Positions 40,854 to 45,745 of a stretch of 45,745 bases of DNA are shown piece by piece. Position 1 is the stretch's first letter. Every line of letters starts with the position of its first letter. A program made the translations under genes and the position numbers. The notes under the pieces are model-generated. The model saw nothing but the letters and a program-made list of their open reading frames with translations. It was not told where the DNA came from and did no database searches. Origin of the DNA: Chrysochromulina tobinii (taxonomy: Eukaryota); the NCBI GenBank assembly GCA_001275005.1, contig JWZX01002432.1, forward strand, positions 1 to 45,745, written 5' to 3'.

Positions 40854-43800
40854 ATGAGCGACGAACCCAAAGCTTCTGACACTCAAATGATCGATGAACT
40901 CGGTTTTGGCGCTGCCCTCGTAACACCATTCGAGACTCAACACCTCTCACACGTCTGGAGCCATGTCCTTGGCAACACGCCGATTCCAAGCTGGGATCAG
41001 CGCTTGAGCGAGATCCTTGGCTTCATCCGAAGAAAAGAACCGTGGGAGATCAAGCCAGAGGACGCGCGACTGCTCCTCGTGAGCAGGTTGGCAAGGGGGG
41101 GCGCTCGACAGGTGCCGAGCATGAAACATGCCAACTGGGTCCACAAGACTGAGCCGCACGTCTTCTTCGTAGAGGGCGACGGGCAAGATACGGGCGACAT
41201 CGGAGAGAGCGACTATGAAAGAGTCACTACCAGTGGCGCGCTCTCGCACACTGTCACTCAATTCCCCGACTTGATCGCAGTGAAGCGGGCCAGCTGCTCG
41301 CCTGGGAAGGATACCCCAAACCCCAAAAAGGTGGGCGAGTGGCAGCTAGCGCTTCTGGAAGGCCACCCTGATTTCGGGAGCAAAACATTCCGAGGCACTC
41401 TGGAGCTGAAAGAGGAACGGGAAGGCGGATATGGCCGTGATGGAATCAAGTGCAAACTCTTTGGCCCGAAACTCGTTCACTCGGTCCCCGACATGAACAA
41501 GAAACGCAGGAGCGAAGCTGGCTCGAGCTCAGTTGATAATAAAGTCATCTCAGGCGACTTACGCGTCGATGGCTCGGTGGACATCGGTGAGAAGCTGACC
41601 GTTGGACAGGACGGCGAAGGTGTGATCCACGGGAGGCTGCAAGGTCACCAGGCGGACCATGCCGAGTGGATGCCGCGCCATGACCCCGGCGAGGTCCTCA
41701 TGCCCGGTGACGTGGTGGCGCTCACTCGCGACGCCAACGGCACGCAGATCAAGGTCTCGAAACACGCGATGGGGTTCATAGACTCGGCGGATGTCGAGTG
41801 GGTCGTAGTGCCAACCAACCCGCAGATCCTCGGCCATCAGCCTCCACCTGGCGAGGAGCACCTGCACGTGCCCATCGTCTTCATGGGCCAAGTGCCTGTG
41901 CGTGTGGAGGGCAGCCCGAGGGCGTCGAGGTACCTCATGCCGTCTGATCGCCTTTGTGTTTGCCGCTGATTGCCTCTGATGACCTCTTGATGGTCTCCCT
42001 CATCAGGTACCTCGTCCCCTCGGGCAAGGAGGATGGCACAGCGCGCGAGCTGCGGGAGGACGACGAGGACGAGGACGTGTTCGGTCAGGTGGTCGGTCAG
42101 GTGGTCGACGCGGTCATTCGTAACGGGCGCGTCGAGGCGTGGGTGATGCGCTCCTCTCCGCTCGACCGCTGGCGCCAGATGAAGCACAGCCGCCAAATGC
42201 AGAGGGATGCCGATGAAAGGGTGGCGGCGGCGCCAGCGCCAGCAAACAAAGTGCGCCTTCCCGAGCGCTTCGAGGAGCTGCGACTGCTCTCGTCGACTGC
42301 GGACGCTAGACTGCTTTCGTCGACTGTGGACGCGGGCCTCTACTCGAAGCTCGAGTCGGGCGGCACCTTCAACATAGCCGAGAAGGTGCTGCCCCTCGCC
42401 GACGACCTCAAGCGCCTCAGCACGGCCAAGTACCTGCTCAACGTCCCGGCCAACCTGCTCGCCCTCGGCGCCGTCGTGCTCCTCGGCGGCGAGTTCGCAC
42501 TGATCGCGGCGGTGCCCGACGACAACGCGGTGCTCCTCAGTGTTCAGGTGGTCACCGGCCTGCTCGCGGGCGGCGGTGCGGTCATCCTTCTCGCCACTTC
42601 CTTCCTCGTGAGAGGCATGTCGCTCGCACCTGCACACGACAACGGCGTGGAACTCAGCACCGTCGTCGTGGAGGGTGCGCCGGTCGTGGGCGTGTGCAAT
42701 GGCGTCTATCATCCCGCGCCAGACGACCATCCAGCCGACGGCAAGCCCTTCTACTGCAACCAGCACGGCGCCGCAATCGGCTGGTGGGACGAATCGTCGC
42801 CTCCGCCCTGCGACGACCCCTGGATGACGGCGGCGGACGAGCGGGCGGCGGAGGAGCGGGCGGCGGAGGAGCGGGCGGCGGACGAGGAGACGGCAGCGAC
42901 GAAGGCGGCGACGAGGCCTCTCGATTCGCAGGCGAAGGCTAAATGGCTGAAGATATATGCGCATCTGTGGATACGAGGTACTGCGAGTCAGTGGGCGGTG
43001 ATCCCCCCGCTAATCCGTCGGTGCCCCTCTGCGCTCATCCGCGAGGTACGAAAGCGGCAGCGAATCGCCATGACTTGGCGGGGGCTGGCAAACGCGGCGC
43101 TCAATGCGGAGTTGGGGGTGTTCTCATGGCAGCCGCTTGTTGACCGTTTGTTGTCGTTCATGCCTCCCGCCCAGAGCACCGGCGAATCCTTCGCGGCCGC
43201 TCTCACATGCCGCGAACACAAAATGCTCACCCGGGTGCGCCTCGCGGCTCTCGCCGCTCGTCCGGAAGGAGCGTTTTGGAGCATTTTGGAGCTCGTGGCC
43301 GAGCTCGCCCCCCACCAGCCTGGCCGTTGTGCCAGGCTCCCCGTTGCCCAGGCTACGTTGTGCCATACGCTATCGCCATCACTTCGGGCTGAGGCCTCTC
43401 ACCACCGCCCTCGCCCCATAACAGCAGCGGCTCGGGCGGAGTGGCGGAAGTTATCATGGGAGCAGAAAATTCTCACGGAAGCCTGCGGCGGAGGCCCACG
43501 TGTTGGTCCATCGCGCGCCGTTGACGGCACTTCCCCGGCCGCGAAGGCGGCGGCGGACAAGGCGGCGGCCGACAAGGCGGCGACCGAGAAGGTGGCGGCG
43601 GAGGAGCTGCGGCGCCGTGCCACGGCGCTGGGCCTGCTGCAGGTGCTCACGACTGCCAGCATCGCCGACGACGCGACGTTGAAAAAGTCGATCACGTTTT
43701 GCGACGAGTACGGCATAACGAGCGTCTCCGACATGGTCGAGTACAACCTGGTCCAAGACTTTGTTCGCCATCTCGGCCTGAAGACGGTCCCCGGCAAGAA

Positions 43801-43996
43801 GCTGCTCAGCATGCTGCAGACACCGACATCCGGACTCGCCGCCCAGTTGAGCGACCGCCTGTTCTCCCCGAGCAGCAGCCGCAAGTCCTCCAGCGCCACG
43901 ACTGTGGAGCCTTCGGTGGAGGCAGAGGAGCCTCAGAACCTCGACGCGGTTTCCGAACCTGTGGCCGAGGCCATTTTCAAGGCGCTGTCGGCCTAG
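40854..43996 (+). CDS. Multidomain membrane protein with peptidase G2/IMC-like autocleavage domain; join(40854..41929,42007..43996), ~1021 aa
   Basis: A 77-nt GT..AG intron joins two ORFs into ADHAEWMP...PGDVVAL...VVPTNPQILG...IVFMGQVPVRVEG...RYLVPSGKEDGTA. KKRR at 41499-41510; two hydrophobic helices at ~42431-42610; SAM-like C-terminal segment. Confidence 0.75.
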
Positions 43997-44549
43997 CTGG
44001 CCCAGCAGGCCCACGCGGAGGCTGCGCGGCAGCAGTTCGAAATAGAGACCAGGGTGCAGGTGGCCTTGATGCAGAAGATAGTCGCGGACAAGAAGGAGGC
44101 AGCTGGTGCGGCGGGGGAGAGCACGGCGCCCCCCGCCTTGAGCCTCAAGAAGCCCTCTGAGCTCAAGGGCCGCGACCCCTACGCGCCGATCGCATCTCCT
44201 CGGCGGGGTCTCGAAGGGAGAGAGACGTCCCGCCGCGAGAAGGCTGGGCCTGGGATGCCGGAACAGCCTGGCGGTAGGAATGTGCAGGACCTGGACTCGC
44301 AGCCAGCAGCGGTCGAGACGAAGCATCCAGCAACGGAGCGCATTGAAGATCGCGAGGCCGACATTCTTTCTTGAGGCCTGATGAGGGTACGTACAGCTGT
44401 AGTACTGTTCTCTAACCCGCCTGACCCGCTGTGTTGTTCCTGCCCGCGACCTCTCCCCCTGGTATAACGGTCGCTCATCCGTACACTGAGGGCGGCCGGA
44501 GTAGCTTGTGTTTTCCCCCTCTGTGGGGGGGAAAGTATGTGCAGTATCC

Positions 44550-44590
44550 GTATGTGTGTCCCGGCTCCCCCCGGGGTTTTGAATCGGTGT
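44550..44590 (-). repeat. Dispersed repeat family, degenerate inverted copy
   Basis: TGTGTGTCCCGGCTCCCCCCGGGGTTTTTGAATCGGT. Confidence 0.7.
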
Positions 44591-44877
44591 GAATACATGT
44601 GAGTACAGTACGACCGTTTCGCGAGGCGAATCCGATCGTGTCCGAACACGATCACGTCGGCCTGTGAATTTCGTCAATCGTGCTTTTTAATGCACGTTCC
44701 GGCGACCGCGAAGGCAAGGACATGGACGTCGAGAGTGAGTTAGAACCTATTGTCGACCTCGAAAGCATTCCTGATCAAGACCCTCAGCCAGACGCCGAAG
44801 ATGACTATGCTTCGATGTTGGCTCACGAAAGCAGAGCTGATCCTCCCGGGGAGCTTACAAATCATCACGGTCAAGGA

Positions 44878-45745
44878 ATGAGCGACGAACCCAACGCTTT
44901 GGACCCTCAAATGATCGATGAACCCGGTGTTGGCGCTGCCCTCGTAACAACATTCCAGACCTCGGGTGGTGGCGGTGCTGGTGGCGCTGATGCTGGTGAT
45001 GCTGGTGGTGCCGGTGGTGGTGACGTGGCGGCCTCCGCTGACCTCGGCCTGCACGCCCTGGTCCGCTCCACCTCCTCGCGGCTGCCCGCGATCAACAACA
45101 ACCCGCAGCTCGGCTCGGTAGCGCAACCCCTCTCACACGTCTGGAGCGATGTCCTTGGCAACATTCCGATTAAAGATAAAAGCTGGGATCAGCGCTTGAG
45201 CGAGATCCTTGGCTTCATCCGAGGAAAAGAACCGTGGGAGATCAAACCAGAGGACGCGAAACTGCTCCTCGTGAGCAGATTGGCATGGAAGGGCGCTTTG
45301 CAGGTGCCGAGCCTGAAACATGCCAACTTGGTCCACAAGTCTGAGCCGCACGTCTTCTTCGTAGAGGGCGACGGGCAAGATATGGGCGACATCGGAGAGA
45401 GCGACTATGAAAGAGTCAAAACCAGTGGCGCGGACTCGCACGCTGTCACTCCATTCCCCGACTTGATCGCAGTGAAGCGGGCCAGCTGCTCGCCTGGGAA
45501 GGATACCCCAAACCCCAAAAAGGTGGGCGAGTGGCAGCTAGCGCTTCTGGAAGGCCACCCTGATTTCGGGAGCAAAACATTCCGAGGCGCTCTTGAGCTA
45601 AAAGAGGAACGGGAAGGCGGATATGGCCGTGATGGAATCAAGCTCAGACTGTTTGGTCCGAAACTCGTTCACTCGGTCCCCGACATGAACAAGAAACGCA
45701 AGGTCAATGCTGGCTCGAGCTCAGATGCGCCCGTGAGCGGGAGGG
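44878..45745 (+). CDS. Tandem paralog of the 40854 gene, 5' part (open to window end)
   Basis: ATG 44878 (MSDEPNALDPQMIDE...) with no stop to the window end; highly similar to 40854-41530 apart from a Gly/Ala-rich insertion; ends near KLVHSVPDMNKKRK. Confidence 0.85.
   Translation, partial: MSDEPNALDPQMIDEPGVGAALVTTFQTSGGGGAGGADAGDAGGAGGGDVAASADLGLHALVRSTSSRLPAINNNPQLGSVAQPLSHVWSDVLGNIPIKDKSWDQRLSEILGFIRGKEPWEIKPEDAKLLLVSRLAWKGALQVPSLKHANLVHKSEPHVFFVEGDGQDMGDIGESDYERVKTSGADSHAVTPFPDLIAVKRASCSPGKDTPNPKKVGEWQLALLEGHPDFGSKTFRGALELKEEREGGYGRDGIKLRLFGPKLVHSVPDMNKKRKVNAGSSSDAPVSGR

Noticed and set aside
40854..42200. Prophage or endogenous virus implied by the tail-spike-like domain
   Set aside because: The gene has a spliceosomal intron, the neighbours are ordinary eukaryotic genes, and no capsid, integrase or packaging genes are visible.

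Overview
GC-rich, gene-dense, intron-poor eukaryotic genomic DNA. A haptophyte alga is the most likely source (inferred from GT-AG introns, signal-plus-transit plastid leaders, extensin-like SPPP proteins and glycosyltransferase/FkbM genes). About 21 protein genes are supportable, including DUF3431-like, GT61-like, SohB/S49 peptidase, TrhO rhodanese, a CFAP298-like/ZNHIT3-C-like fusion, a plastid rubredoxin-domain protein, Vta1-like, temptin-extensin, EF-hand, NEK kinase, prohibitin, FkbM methyltransferase, an RsmJ-like/AAA fusion, Tic22-like and a PPP phosphatase. Non-coding features are two tandem dual-guide box C/D snoRNA copies (one guide snR77/SNORD65-like) and a dispersed fold-back repeat family lying upstream of gene starts. 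The most notable item is the spliced gene at 40854-43996 and its tandem paralog starting at 44878. It reads as a putative CG-1-like DNA-binding domain, an NLS, a short beta-helix-like segment, a phage tail-spike-type peptidase G2 autocleavage domain and two transmembrane helices, which suggests a MYRF-analogous self-releasing membrane-tethered transcription factor. All family calls are by visual motif recognition; no searches were run.
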